54,253 bases of DNA from a virus. Lineage: Duplodnaviria > Caudoviricetes. The position numbers were made by a program, and so were the translations under genes. The stretch is from the IMG/VR virus record IMGVR_UViG_3300037258_001211, positions 1 to 54,253 of that record; one strand, given 5' to 3'. Below, piece after piece: positions 15,932 through 26,172 of this stretch. Under the pieces are notes generated by a model. The model was not told the DNA's origin. It searched no databases and worked only from the letters and a program-made list of their open reading frames with translations. Position 1 is the stretch's first letter. Each line of letters opens with the position of its first letter.

Positions 15932-18614
15932 TGGTCCCCATCTGCAACACCAGCGCCATCAGCGTGCAGGGATAAGGGCTCTGCACCTGCACGCAGACGC
16001 GCGCATCGCTGTCCCAGCCGCCGTTAAACGAACCGGGGACCACATCAAAAGCGGTTAGCACCTCGGTTCCCACGAGCGGGCGCCCTTTGTAAGTCGCCGG
16101 CAATCCGGTCATCGTCGTGAAGTCGCGGCCGATCCGGACGCCTTTCCACCCGACATCGGCCATGACGAGCCCAACCCGCGAGACACGTTTCTGCATTTCA
16201 AGCGGGGTGCCACGCTCGGCCGCAAAGGCGAGTTTCCCCGTCTTTAGCTGAGCCGTGTAGGGGAGCCCGACAACCGCATTCGAGACGGCGGTTGAGAGCC
16301 CGGTGATCTGCCCACCAGTGACCGTTTTTGGCGCATCAGCGGTGACGATAGGCTTGCCATCGCCCCATACCACGACCTCTTTGCCTTCAAGATGCGAAAG
16401 CCCCGTGATCGTCGTCGTCGGAGAGCCTGAATAGACGATATGACTGTCGATCGTCTTGCTCAGCGTCCCGCCCACGCATTCGGTGCGCTTCGCCAGCTTT
16501 TCGACATAGCGCTTGGTCGTTCCGCTGATCGTGCGGGCGACGATGAAGTAAACGTCGTCTTCGTCCGATCCTGGCAGTACCGCGACGCGCTCGATCAACC
16601 CGTCTGTCGATACCGGCGTCCACGCCACGACATCGTCATCGACATCATAGGTCAGGACCGCACAGGTCCCATCACCGAGAACGCACCAAATCCGCGTATC
16701 GGGGTAACGCTGAACCGCGATATCGACCACGCCGGCTGCGCACATCTCCTGTTTGAGCCGGGTCAGCTCCCGTGGGGTATAATCAGTCTGCTGGATCGTA
16801 AAACTGAGTTCGAATACGCGTTGGTCGTCGCGGCCAACATGGATGATATTTTGATCGACCTTGATCGGCCGCACTTTTGCGGTGCCTTTTGTGGAGCACG
16901 CACGGGCGACAAAAGCAGTGGGAGTCAGTTCCTCATCAAAAGCCGAAGCGCGGATCGAGACAGCTTGGGTCGACGTTCCGCCAAGCAGCCGCTGAACCGA
17001 GATCAGCCAACGGAGTCCATCCGCGCCGCCCGTGGCAATCGTCCGATCGATGGGGCCGCTATCTCCAATGGTCGCGGCGTCGAAACTGTCGAACGCGTCC
17101 GATACAGAAGCATCAAGCGATATGCCGGTGCCCCATGCCAACCGTCCTTCATGGAGTGCCACCGCCCCGGGCCAGCCGCGAAAATCAGACCATTCTCCCT
17201 CCGACCATTGCGCGGTCGGGTTCGTCGAGCCGAATTGCGCGAGGACATCGGCGGTTGCGGAAACGCCGCTGGCAACTGCGGTAATCCGCGCAATCCCAGT
17301 CTGACTGGCACTGACATAGGAAAGTTCAGTGATCGCCGCGCCGCTGGTATAATCGCCTGTCTTGATGCCGAGCCGGTAAAAGATGATCTGATTGTCGAGG
17401 GTGTCATCGAATGATTCAGAGGTCGGGGCCGTCCAGGTTTTTACATCGCTCCAACTGCCGATTGCCCCGATCGAGCGCTGCAACGTGATCGTCGCTGAGA
17501 ATGTCCCAGAGATAAAGATTGCGAAGACGCGCTGGGAAGCGCCACCTCCGATGCCAGCCGTGTTGCTTAGACCGGCGACACGGATAGGATCGCCGAATTC
17601 GTTCTCGGCCCCTAAAGTCGCCACGGCAGCTTCGCCCGGCTGTACGAGTTGAAAGAGCGCTCCTACATGTCCTGACATGAAAATGTCACGGGTTGCCGTC
17701 AGCGTTACCGAGCCGTGGACATCGGAGGGCGAGATTTGCGCAGAGGTCTGGTTTGCAAGTCGGAACGGGCCGTCAGAGGCCAGATAAAGGGAAATTCCCC
17801 ACGATCTGGAATCCGATGCATGTCGCTCAATGCGTCGCTGCTGAACCCCATCGCAGGCGACGAAGACGACATCTTCCGACTGGTCGTAGCGGATCAGATC
17901 GAAATCGGTCCACGGCACAGGGATCGACACCGGCCCGGCACCCTCGACATTGATGCTATCAACCAAAGCCGCAAAGGCATCGTCGGCGCCGAGCCGGATC
18001 GTGAAATCCCCTGTTGGGGTAAAAGCAAAGCTATAGGTGCCCGGAAGCAATGATACGCTGAGGTAGGTTCCGTCGCCGGCTGATGTGCCGACCGTCAGGG
18101 AAACAGTGCCGTGCGCGATCACCACCCTCAAGGCATGCTCGACGCCCGTTTGGCTGACTGTGACCGCTTGGTCCCGATAGGCGAAATTCGTTCCAGTCCC
18201 GACGAGCGACAGCATGCCCGGCGAAACCCAGGAGCTCGTGGCGCCGGACTCGTTAGAATTGGTCCAGCCCGTCAGATCGGAAGTGAAATTGCCGTTTGTG
18301 ACCGCCGCACTGACCGCAACGCGGCTCACCCATTCGTCATCGACGAGGAACTGCATCCCGGCCGATGTGACGACAAACAGCGTCTTATGCGTCTCGTCGA
18401 AATAGAACTCGCCGAGCCACCCCGCTGCGTCTCCAGCCACCTCAACGATCATCGCCGTGCCGGGCCGCACCATCGTCGGCCCCAGCACATGTGGAAGCCA
18501 GTTAAGCTGTGACTCGCAGGCGATCTTGATCTTGGCGAGATCGATGCGGGCCAGCGCGAGGCGCGACACCTCCCCAGCATTGAGGCTGGCTAATAAAATT
18601 TCCTGATCAGCCAT
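15891..18614 (-). CDS. Tail tubular protein B (nozzle, T7 gp12-like)
   Basis: SLNAGEVS N-terminus, RPGT, GWPGAVALHEGRL, VVGLPYTA; 907 aa. Confidence 0.88.
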   Translation of the reverse strand: MADQEILLASLNAGEVSRLALARIDLAKIKIACESQLNWLPHVLGPTMVRPGTAMIVEVAGDAAGWLGEFYFDETHKTLFVVTSAGMQFLVDDEWVSRVAVSAAVTNGNFTSDLTGWTNSNESGATSSWVSPGMLSLVGTGTNFAYRDQAVTVSQTGVEHALRVVIAHGTVSLTVGTSAGDGTYLSVSLLPGTYSFAFTPTGDFTIRLGADDAFAALVDSINVEGAGPVSIPVPWTDFDLIRYDQSEDVVFVACDGVQQRRIERHASDSRSWGISLYLASDGPFRLANQTSAQISPSDVHGSVTLTATRDIFMSGHVGALFQLVQPGEAAVATLGAENEFGDPIRVAGLSNTAGIGGGASQRVFAIFISGTFSATITLQRSIGAIGSWSDVKTWTAPTSESFDDTLDNQIIFYRLGIKTGDYTSGAAITELSYVSASQTGIARITAVASGVSATADVLAQFGSTNPTAQWSEGEWSDFRGWPGAVALHEGRLAWGTGISLDASVSDAFDSFDAATIGDSGPIDRTIATGGADGLRWLISVQRLLGGTSTQAVSIRASAFDEELTPTAFVARACSTKGTAKVRPIKVDQNIIHVGRDDQRVFELSFTIQQTDYTPRELTRLKQEMCAAGVVDIAVQRYPDTRIWCVLGDGTCAVLTYDVDDDVVAWTPVSTDGLIERVAVLPGSDEDDVYFIVARTISGTTKRYVEKLAKRTECVGGTLSKTIDSHIVYSGSPTTTITGLSHLEGKEVVVWGDGKPIVTADAPKTVTGGQITGLSTAVSNAVVGLPYTAQLKTGKLAFAAERGTPLEMQKRVSRVGLVMADVGWKGVRIGRDFTTMTGLPATYKGRPLVGTEVLTAFDVVPGSFNGGWDSDARVCVQVQSPYPCTLMALVLQMGTNEPNPPDPPPGKP

Positions 18615-20213
18615 TTACGGGATTTCGCCGGGCAACAGGATATCGATGAAGTCCTGGGAGCGGCGACTGTATCGGGCGCTCACAAACCGTCCGGATTTCT
18701 TGACCCGGGGCATGTCGCGCTCGTCATCGAGCGACTCGGCCTGGCGACATTGGAGCTGGAAGAATTCGAGCTTTTCCTTTGCCGCCGCCGCCATCTTCGG
18801 GTCTTGACGGGCTTCCAAATGCTGAAGCCACGCCAGCACGGCATCGCGGAAGTTCGATGACCATTTGGTCGAGTCCAGCCCGCGTCGGGTCAGATAGCGG
18901 AGCACGATCGGGGTGAAGTTCGCGTGGATCGCCCCGTTTTCCTCGCGGTAATCGACATCCTGCCAGATCGGCCGGAAGCCATTGAGCCACGGGAAATAGG
19001 CTCGCACGGTCCGGACCCAATCGCTCGGCAACGGCATCCGATAGCCATATCCGGGAGACGGCGCTCCATCGAACGACAAATCATCGGGGTTAGCGTCTGC
19101 GGCGAGGCTTACCGTATCGATGCAGAACCGCCAGCGCGCCTTTTCGAGCGCCATGCGCACGGCCTGCATGAACTGACCGGACAACTGAAACCGCAGCCAG
19201 TCATCAACGCCGAGACTGTGCGCCTCTAACGCGTCGGCGAGGAGCTTCTGATAAGCCACCCCTTTCGTCTGGGTCGCCTCTGGCTTCTGCCCGTCGTCCT
19301 CGTCGTCATCCTGCCATTCGAGATAGGCTTGGACGGCTTGAAGGACGAGTTCGGGCCATTTGGTCGTGTCGAGCGCGTCGGTCGAGAGATACCGGGCCGT
19401 AAAGGCTTCCCGATCGGTGCTCCAGTCTCGCGCATCCTCACGGATGTTGATCGGACAGTCCTGCCCGTCGATCCCGATGTAAAGCGCGTGGGTCCGCATC
19501 CAATCGGTCGGCAGAGCAAACCGATAGGGAAACCCGTCGTCGGGATCGGATGTGCTCTGTTCGGTGATCGCAACCGTCTTTACCGCTCCGGGGAAAGTCC
19601 AGAACCCTTGCGCGATCACCGTCCGCGAAGCGCGCAGGAACGCGCTGGTCCGCTGGTAGGCGAGCCATTCTTCCTCGGCGATCGCATCGAGCCGGATCGC
19701 TTCCGGCAGGATCGACGAGAACAGCTGCGACATCCGCGCCGGCGCTGATCGTTCCCCCGTCACCCGCTCCGCGACCATGAAAGCGAGGTACGCGGCGGCG
19801 GCTTGGGAGAAGTGCGGCGGCCAATTCGCCACGGCAGGGTCCGCATAGGTGCTCGACACGTACCGGATCACCGGGGCAACGGCGATATTGACCGAGACCG
19901 CCGATCCCTGCTCGGTCAGATCGAACGGCAATTCGCGCCCACTCTGGTCGATGAAGATCGCATGGGTGCGTAGCCAATCGGTCGGCAGCGGATAGGCCGT
20001 CGTGTAGCCTGGCACCGGAGTCGCCGAGCCAGACATCACGACGGTTTTGAGCGCGAAGCGCCACGGTGCCTGGCTGAGTACGAACGCGATCGCGTCTGCC
20101 CAAGCGTCGTCAAGCGCGTATCGGCTCTCGACATCATCCGTAAGCGCCGCCAGCCGCGCATCCGCGAGGTTGCGGAGCGCTTCCTGATAGATCGAGAGCT
20201 TGGTCGCGGCCAC
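18615..20213 (-). CDS. Tail tubular protein A (adaptor), three tandem domains
   Basis: TKLSIYQEALRNL N-terminus; three W.F..KT/DTV...LP.DW.RT repeats. Confidence 0.8.
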   Translation of the reverse strand: MAATKLSIYQEALRNLADARLAALTDDVESRYALDDAWADAIAFVLSQAPWRFALKTVVMSGSATPVPGYTTAYPLPTDWLRTHAIFIDQSGRELPFDLTEQGSAVSVNIAVAPVIRYVSSTYADPAVANWPPHFSQAAAAYLAFMVAERVTGERSAPARMSQLFSSILPEAIRLDAIAEEEWLAYQRTSAFLRASRTVIAQGFWTFPGAVKTVAITEQSTSDPDDGFPYRFALPTDWMRTHALYIGIDGQDCPINIREDARDWSTDREAFTARYLSTDALDTTKWPELVLQAVQAYLEWQDDDEDDGQKPEATQTKGVAYQKLLADALEAHSLGVDDWLRFQLSGQFMQAVRMALEKARWRFCIDTVSLAADANPDDLSFDGAPSPGYGYRMPLPSDWVRTVRAYFPWLNGFRPIWQDVDYREENGAIHANFTPIVLRYLTRRGLDSTKWSSNFRDAVLAWLQHLEARQDPKMAAAAKEKLEFFQLQCRQAESLDDERDMPRVKKSGRFVSARYSRRSQDFIDILLPGEIP

Positions 20214-20216
20214 GGA

Positions 20217-20669
20217 TTATGCCGCTCGGCTCTGCTTTGCGGCTTTGATCTCAGCGAGCTTCGCCATCGCCGCGTCGCGCGAGGGGAAATCCCGCTCGAT
20301 CAGGTTCTTGCCGCGATCGATGATGCGAAACCGATGCGTCGGACCACCCCACTCGATGATATATCCGTCCGGGTCGGCTTTCTCGCTCTCCACCGTGGAG
20401 ACGGCGCTGGTCGTCACGCGCAGCACGCGCACATGCGCCCAGAAAAAGCGCGGATCGACGGCCGTCACGCGGACATCCATATCGAGCGTCCCGTCCTCGG
20501 TCACGATCTCGATCCGATCGTTCACCTTCAGCCGACGCGCGACGAACTGCCAGAATTCGGGGTTCTGCACGTCCTCGGCGGTAAACCCGGCCGGCACGGA
20601 GACAAAAAACACGGTCGTCTCGGTTTCCTGGCGAGCGAGCCGGGTCGGCAGTTTGCTGAGCGTGAGCAT
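20217..20669 (-). CDS. Phage hypothetical protein
   Basis: AGGAGAG RBS before ATG 20669. Confidence 0.7.
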   Translation of the reverse strand: MLTLSKLPTRLARQETETTVFFVSVPAGFTAEDVQNPEFWQFVARRLKVNDRIEIVTEDGTLDMDVRVTAVDPRFFWAHVRVLRVTTSAVSTVESEKADPDGYIIEWGGPTHRFRIIDRGKNLIERDFPSRDAAMAKLAEIKAAKQSRAA

Positions 20670-20683
20670 GGGCTCTCCTGTGA

Positions 20684-20718
20684 AGAAAAGGCGGAGCCCG
20701 AAGGCCCCGCCCACTTTC
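20684..20718 (-). terminator. Rho-independent terminator after capsid/decoration genes
   Basis: GGCGGGGCC-TTCG-GGCTCCGCC followed by TTTTCTT on the minus strand. Confidence 0.75.
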
Positions 20719-20719
20719 G

Positions 20720-20983
20720 TTACTCGGCGATCACGACTCCGGTCGAGGACATCGTATCGCCGCTCGACGTGACCGTGAGGATATTCGCCATCGTGGTCGC
20801 CGGGGTCGTGGTGTCGACGACATAGACCACATCGCGGACATTCATCCCCCGGGCCAAGGCGTCGGTGATGAAGTGTGACGCTTTGACCGTCGCGAAGGTG
20901 TCGGCGCTCTTGTAGACCCAGACCTTGAACCCCCCGTTCGTGGTCTGGTTGAGAATGCTCAGATTGTTGCCGTCATAAGCCAT
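20720..20983 (-). CDS. Putative capsid decoration/cement protein
   Basis: 87 aa, beta-rich, directly after capsid gene, GAAAGG RBS. Confidence 0.6.
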   Translation of the reverse strand: MAYDGNNLSILNQTTNGGFKVWVYKSADTFATVKASHFITDALARGMNVRDVVYVVDTTTPATTMANILTVTSSGDTMSSTGVVIAE

Positions 20984-21037
20984 CGATTTGGCCTTTCATG
21001 CAAAGAGGAAGGCCCCACCGGAGCGGGGCCTCCGGTG

Positions 21038-21880
21038 TTACGAGTAGGCGGAATCGTCGTGCGTGAACTTGATGATCCCGGAGTTCTGCAGAAGCGCAGC
21101 GCCGTGGTACACCTTGTGCAGCACGTAGCTCGCATCCTCGCCCGGCACCTGGCCGATCTCCGCAGACACGCCGCTCGGGCTGATGGTGTGACCCATCGCG
21201 TTCCGGTGCCATGCGAGGCAGGTGCAGGCGCTCGTGCCCACCCCGGTCAGGCCCGGATGTTCCGCCCAGTTGATCCCCATCCAGTATTTCCACATGCCCT
21301 GGACCGGGATGCCGTTCTGCATCGAGCCGCCGGTGTCGCTGTAGTTGACATTGGCGAACGACGTGATGTCGGTCATGTAGGCGAACGCGGCATTCGACAG
21401 CGCGCAGAACAGGTTGCCACGATCGGCCTCGCCGGCATGCGCATTGCGCAGCTTGGTCGAGATCGTGTTCGCGACGGTCTTGTTCATCGTGACCGTACCG
21501 GAGATCGAGACCGAGCCAGCGGCGAGCCCCTGGATGATCACGTCGTCGATCTTGCGGTTCATCACGGCGACGCCGTTGTTCCGCATGATCGTCAGCTGGT
21601 CAGACTGCGCGGTGAAGATGTCGAAACCGTTGCGGACCTGCTTGTCGTAGGCCGCCGCGATCGTCACCGGCACCTGGGTCTGCGAGTCATCCGAAACCGG
21701 GATGAGCCCGTTCGACCCGCGCGTCACCGCCGAGCGATTACCGCTGCCGGCAACGAGGAAAACCAGCTGACCACCCTGATTGATGACTTCGCTGGTGACT
21801 GCCTGCCGCAGAAAGCCGGGATTGGCTTCAAAAGCGGCGACATACTGCTCACGATATTTGACTTCTTGAACTGAAGGCAT
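21038..21880 (-). CDS. Major capsid protein
   Basis: 280 aa after scaffold; AVMNRKIDDVII and AWHRNAMGH motifs; strong AAGGAG RBS. Confidence 0.85.
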   Translation of the reverse strand: MPSVQEVKYREQYVAAFEANPGFLRQAVTSEVINQGGQLVFLVAGSGNRSAVTRGSNGLIPVSDDSQTQVPVTIAAAYDKQVRNGFDIFTAQSDQLTIMRNNGVAVMNRKIDDVIIQGLAAGSVSISGTVTMNKTVANTISTKLRNAHAGEADRGNLFCALSNAAFAYMTDITSFANVNYSDTGGSMQNGIPVQGMWKYWMGINWAEHPGLTGVGTSACTCLAWHRNAMGHTISPSGVSAEIGQVPGEDASYVLHKVYHGAALLQNSGIIKFTHDDSAYS

Positions 21881-22069
21881 GGCCCTTGCTCCTTTTGAGG
21901 GGCGTTGCAGGGCCGTCCGATCGGGTTGTCCGCTGTCACAGGGTCAATGCGGGTTGTCGGCAAGAGGCCGAGGCCGCGACCGCGTTCTTGCGGGTGCGTC
22001 ACTTCTGGCGGGTTAGGTGTTGGTCGGGTTGCCGGTGCCGCTCACGCGGGTTGTCGGCGGGTGAAATTC

Positions 22070-23044
22070 TCAGGCCGCGCGGCCACGTTCCTCGCGCCGC
22101 AGCCGGGCCGTATAAAGCTCGTCAAGCCGGGCGTCTTCCGACTTGCTCAGCTTCGTAGTGACGGCTTTCTTGTTGAGGTCGGCGATCTCTTCATCGATCG
22201 ACTTGCCGCCGCCGGCACCATCGCCGCCGATCAGCGCCTCGTCATCCGCATAGGATCGCGCCATCGCGACGATACCTTTGACGAACGGGGCGTAATTGCC
22301 GATCTGCACTCCGCTGGGGAGCCGTGCGCTGAGCACCTGTTCCAGCGCTTCATCCGACCCCTCGAAATGCTTGGCGAGGAATTCCTGCGCGAGCCCCATG
22401 TTGCGGGTGTACTCGCGGCCCTTCCACTCGCCCCGAAGCTCGGCGATGCTGCTGAGGTTCGCCTCCTGTGCGGAACTTCCGAACTCGGCGCGGGTCTCGC
22501 CCATCCGCTTCATGTAGAAGTCGAACGCGGCTTTCGCGGCAGCCGGCGGTACATGCGCCGCCTTCATGTGCTGTTGGAACGCGGCGAGCGTCGCGGTATC
22601 GGCCTCGGTCGCGCCCATCTCCTGCGGGAACGAGAGCTTGTAGCCTTCGGGCGCCTCGGGGATGCCCATCTGCTTGTCATAAGCCGCGACCTCTTCCGGC
22701 GTCGCATCTTCGGGCAGAGCGGGCGACCCACTGGTCAGCCGCTTTTGCAGATCGCGGTAGGATTTGGAGAAGTTCTCCGGGCTCGCGAACCGCTTCAGAT
22801 GGCGGAGCGCCGCGTCGTCGCTGCCGGCCAGAGCTTCGCGCCAGTCCTCGCGCCACGATACGGGGTGCTCGCCTTCGGTTGCCTCAGTGCCGCCGCCCAG
22901 TGCGGTAGCCTCGGCACCCGTAGCGGCCGGAGCACCTTCCGTACTAGCGGGAGGCGCTTCGCCTCCGCCGCCGGCATTGCCATCGCCCTCGGTCGTAGCA
23001 AAACACAGGCGCGGTGCGCCCCAATCTTTCCAGTCAATCAGCAT
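22070..23044 (-). CDS. Capsid scaffolding protein
   Basis: Acidic Ala/Gly N-terminus, GIPEAPEGYKL, ELRGEW; position between portal region and capsid. Confidence 0.8.
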   Translation of the reverse strand: MLIDWKDWGAPRLCFATTEGDGNAGGGGEAPPASTEGAPAATGAEATALGGGTEATEGEHPVSWREDWREALAGSDDAALRHLKRFASPENFSKSYRDLQKRLTSGSPALPEDATPEEVAAYDKQMGIPEAPEGYKLSFPQEMGATEADTATLAAFQQHMKAAHVPPAAAKAAFDFYMKRMGETRAEFGSSAQEANLSSIAELRGEWKGREYTRNMGLAQEFLAKHFEGSDEALEQVLSARLPSGVQIGNYAPFVKGIVAMARSYADDEALIGGDGAGGGKSIDEEIADLNKKAVTTKLSKSEDARLDELYTARLRREERGRAA

Positions 23045-23221
23045 GGGAAAGCCCCAAGAAGGTGGGGCGCCTACACAGGTGGCTGCCTGCGACTGCCGAT
23101 GGCCGGCAGCGGATTATTGGTTAATTTGGCAGCGCCTTACGTCCGTGGCTGCGGACGACGGGATAGAAGAGCGGTTATTCGCTAGATGAGCGCCGCTTAG
23201 GTTTGCGATTGTTTATCATGG

Positions 23222-24034
23222 TCATCTCCGGGCCAGCGCTTCGGCAAACCAGCGTGCGATTTCCTGAGGATCTTCGCTGCCGATGAGCGACGAACATGCC
23301 CACAGGAGCGTTGCCTTGCGGGCTGGGAGCTGTAGCGCCATGAACGCTTTTTTGAAGATGGTCGGAGAGACCTTCTGTTTTTCTTCAGCTTTCACCAACT
23401 GGGCAAGCGCTCTATAGTTGGCGCTTCCGCTTTTACCGTGTTTTCTAAGTCTTTTTATTTCGCGTTCACCAAGAGTTCCGAGACGCAAATAAGCGGTAAG
23501 GTTCGATTTCGACAATCCGAAGCGCGTTGCGGCCCATTTATAGAACACGCGCCCATCTCTCGTCTGTTCTAAATGAGTCTCAGAATTATTGATGACTCTA
23601 ACAACGCCGCCCCGCGTGAGACCGACTTCCTTTCCGATGTCTTCGTAACTTAGACCTTCGCTTCGCAACTCTCTCATCTTGTTCAATCGCGATTGATATA
23701 TTGTATGGGCGTGTTTGAAAAAGATTTCTTGAAGTCGCGCAAGTTCGCATCCCACACGATGCCGCTTACTTTCTGCTGACTTGTCAGCCTCGATACTTTC
23801 CCCAAGCGCTTTGTCAACAATCGATGCCTGCGCTTCGATCTCGATATCCTCGGCCGACACATTGAACACCGCTGCTGGCGGTCCATTGTGCGTCCGAGGC
23901 GGAAGCATGTCGGCGGCGTCGTTCTCTTCGCCAGGACGCATAATCCGATGCAGCGCCTTTAATTCACCGCCGCCTTTCCAATCTGCTCCGCGTTGATCCA
24001 TCATGTGTGTCTCCATCGGCGCCCGGCCAGCCAC
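23222..24034 (-). CDS. Lower-GC inserted HTH protein (DUF3102-like)
   Basis: GLSYEDIGKEVGLTRGGV HTH; FYKWAATRFGLSKSNLTAYLRL; visibly more AT-rich than flanks. Confidence 0.65.
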   Translation of the reverse strand: MAGRAPMETHMMDQRGADWKGGGELKALHRIMRPGEENDAADMLPPRTHNGPPAAVFNVSAEDIEIEAQASIVDKALGESIEADKSAESKRHRVGCELARLQEIFFKHAHTIYQSRLNKMRELRSEGLSYEDIGKEVGLTRGGVVRVINNSETHLEQTRDGRVFYKWAATRFGLSKSNLTAYLRLGTLGEREIKRLRKHGKSGSANYRALAQLVKAEEKQKVSPTIFKKAFMALQLPARKATLLWACSSLIGSEDPQEIARWFAEALARR

Positions 24035-24135
24035 GCCCGGCGCGATACAGGGGTACGATGTCGTACACCGGGGCCGATGAAGCTCCTATGTTCGTCCATC
24101 GCGCTCTATCCGCAGTGGCTGCTGCGGAATTCGGT

Positions 24136-24468
24136 TCAGATAGATTTCGGTCGCCGCTTGGCGCGCTCGGTCATCGTCCGTGCGGGCGGCAATTCGGGTT
24201 CGGGTTCTTCGACCATCGGCGCCGCGACGATCCGGCGAAGCTGAAGCCCGACAAATCGGCGGCCCTCTCGCCAGGCCATGACCATCGGCACATCATCGGC
24301 GAGCACGAAGCTCATCCGGTCGGTTCCGGCGAGGTTGTCGAGGATGAAACGGTATGCCTCTATCTGCTGAAGCTCGCTCGCTCGACCAGCCGCCAGCGCC
24401 TTCACGGCGCGGCCGGTCTCGCGCGGCACTTCGACCTGAGCATCGGCCTCTAAGTCTTTAAGACGCAT
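24136..24468 (-). CDS. Bbp19-like phage protein
   Basis: MAWREGRRFVGLQL motif directly after portal. Confidence 0.75.
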   Translation of the reverse strand: MRLKDLEADAQVEVPRETGRAVKALAAGRASELQQIEAYRFILDNLAGTDRMSFVLADDVPMVMAWREGRRFVGLQLRRIVAAPMVEEPEPELPPARTMTERAKRRPKSI

Positions 24469-26166
24469 CTACGTGGGGCCATACGGCACTTGCTGGTCGG
24501 CCGGCTGCGCTGGATTGAGCAACCCGTTGACCTTCGCCGCTGCGTCAGCCCCTTGGCCGACGATCTGCGCCGCTTGTCCCGCCGCCTGCATCCCGGCGAC
24601 GACATTCCCCGCCGCCGCGTTGGCTGTCAGTGTCGCCTTGAGCTGGTCATCCGGCGTGATCCAGTCAGCCGGTCCCCCAGAGCCCCGCGCACCGTCCTGC
24701 ACCATCTTGATCACATCGACCGCATGGCCGGCATCGGGGTTGATCTGTCTAGCGCCCGCCACGAGCCCGAGCACGGTCGTCGCCTGGTTGACCTTGTTGC
24801 GCTCCATCGCGTCCTGGAGGGGATTGGAGAACGTGAACTCCAGGTCCGATCCAGACAGGGCGCGCGGCCAGCTCTCCGCCGGCCCAAATGCCCCCATATC
24901 CATGAACGCATCGAAGATCGCGCTCAGTACCGCCTCGGTGTCGGCTTCCCACGGCTCGAATAGCGGGATATTCGCGCGGATGAATTCCTCGACGAGTTGG
25001 GCCGTCTCGAACGCCGTCTTGGCCTGCTGCGGGAGGTTGAGCTTTGTCAGATACCAACCGTCTTTTATGGCGGCGGCCTTCATCTGGATCAGCTCGGCCC
25101 CGATCGCGATGTTCTGGTTGTGCGGCAGCAGCGGCTCGATCGCTGGCCCCATCTTCTCGTCATACGCCTTGTCGACCCAGGTAATCCCGGAGGCGCCCAT
25201 GTCGATTTCCGACTTGACGGCACCCCGCGTCGCCTTCATCGGCGGGTCGAGCGCCTTTTCGCCGGCCTCCAGCAGAATCCGCGCCATCATCTGCATACCG
25301 CGCGCATCGGAAAGGGTCGTCAGCGCGGCGGGAGAGATCGCGTATTGCGTGCCGGTCAGGGTTTCCCAGCGCTGCACCACGTAGCGGAACCGCGTGCTCG
25401 GCGCTTCCCGCAACAAAGTCTGATGGTCGCTGTCGTAATAGACCGAGGCCCACGGAGCTTTGCGCCCCGGCTTCTTGTAGAAGCTATATTCATCAGCACG
25501 CATCATGACGTGGCAGAGCTTGAACTCCTTATCGGGTTCCTTCTCCGCCGCCTCTTTGATTTCCCGGTGCACATTGGCTTTGGGAAACTGCCGGATGATA
25601 TGCCGGGCCGAGGCTTTGAACCGCCGGGCGACAAAATCCTGATTGACCCCGTTCTCGTCGTCAAGCCACACGACATCGCGGAGATGCCAGTTCCGCACCA
25701 GCAATTGCCGGCGGCCGGCATCGCTCATGATCGTCTCGACCGACTGCACCGCGTTGCCAAAGGTCACGAGAAACTGATCGGCCTCTTTCTGTGCCCGGAC
25801 AAATCCCGTCTTCTGCTGGTACATCAGCGTGCGCATCAGGTGGTTGACCTGATCGAGCTTCGCTGCGACCTCAGTGCGCTCGTTTATCCCTTCGTCAGCC
25901 GCCTGTACTTTGGCCCATTCCTGACCCCGAGGGCGCAGCATCGAGGCCCGTGCGTTCCCGAGATCGCGGCGGCTCAGCACCGGAGCGGAGTCGAACAGAT
26001 CGATCGCGTATTCCGTGCCGAGCGAGCGTTCTGTCGTGAAATCCGCGCGCTCCGGCCAGAAATTGTATGCGAGCTCCTGATTGAGCGCGTCGAGGTTGCT
26101 CTTCCGATTGAAAAGCTTGTCCTCGCGCCGCTTCAGCTCGGCCGCATTTTCGTCACCAGTGGGCAT
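24469..26166 (-). CDS. Portal (head-to-tail connector)
   Basis: 565 aa; LFDSAP, LVTFGNAV, RWETLTGTQYAISPA, KTAFE motifs. Confidence 0.92.
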   Translation of the reverse strand: MPTGDENAAELKRREDKLFNRKSNLDALNQELAYNFWPERADFTTERSLGTEYAIDLFDSAPVLSRRDLGNARASMLRPRGQEWAKVQAADEGINERTEVAAKLDQVNHLMRTLMYQQKTGFVRAQKEADQFLVTFGNAVQSVETIMSDAGRRQLLVRNWHLRDVVWLDDENGVNQDFVARRFKASARHIIRQFPKANVHREIKEAAEKEPDKEFKLCHVMMRADEYSFYKKPGRKAPWASVYYDSDHQTLLREAPSTRFRYVVQRWETLTGTQYAISPAALTTLSDARGMQMMARILLEAGEKALDPPMKATRGAVKSEIDMGASGITWVDKAYDEKMGPAIEPLLPHNQNIAIGAELIQMKAAAIKDGWYLTKLNLPQQAKTAFETAQLVEEFIRANIPLFEPWEADTEAVLSAIFDAFMDMGAFGPAESWPRALSGSDLEFTFSNPLQDAMERNKVNQATTVLGLVAGARQINPDAGHAVDVIKMVQDGARGSGGPADWITPDDQLKATLTANAAAGNVVAGMQAAGQAAQIVGQGADAAAKVNGLLNPAQPADQQVPYGPT

Positions 26167-26172
26167 CGTGTC

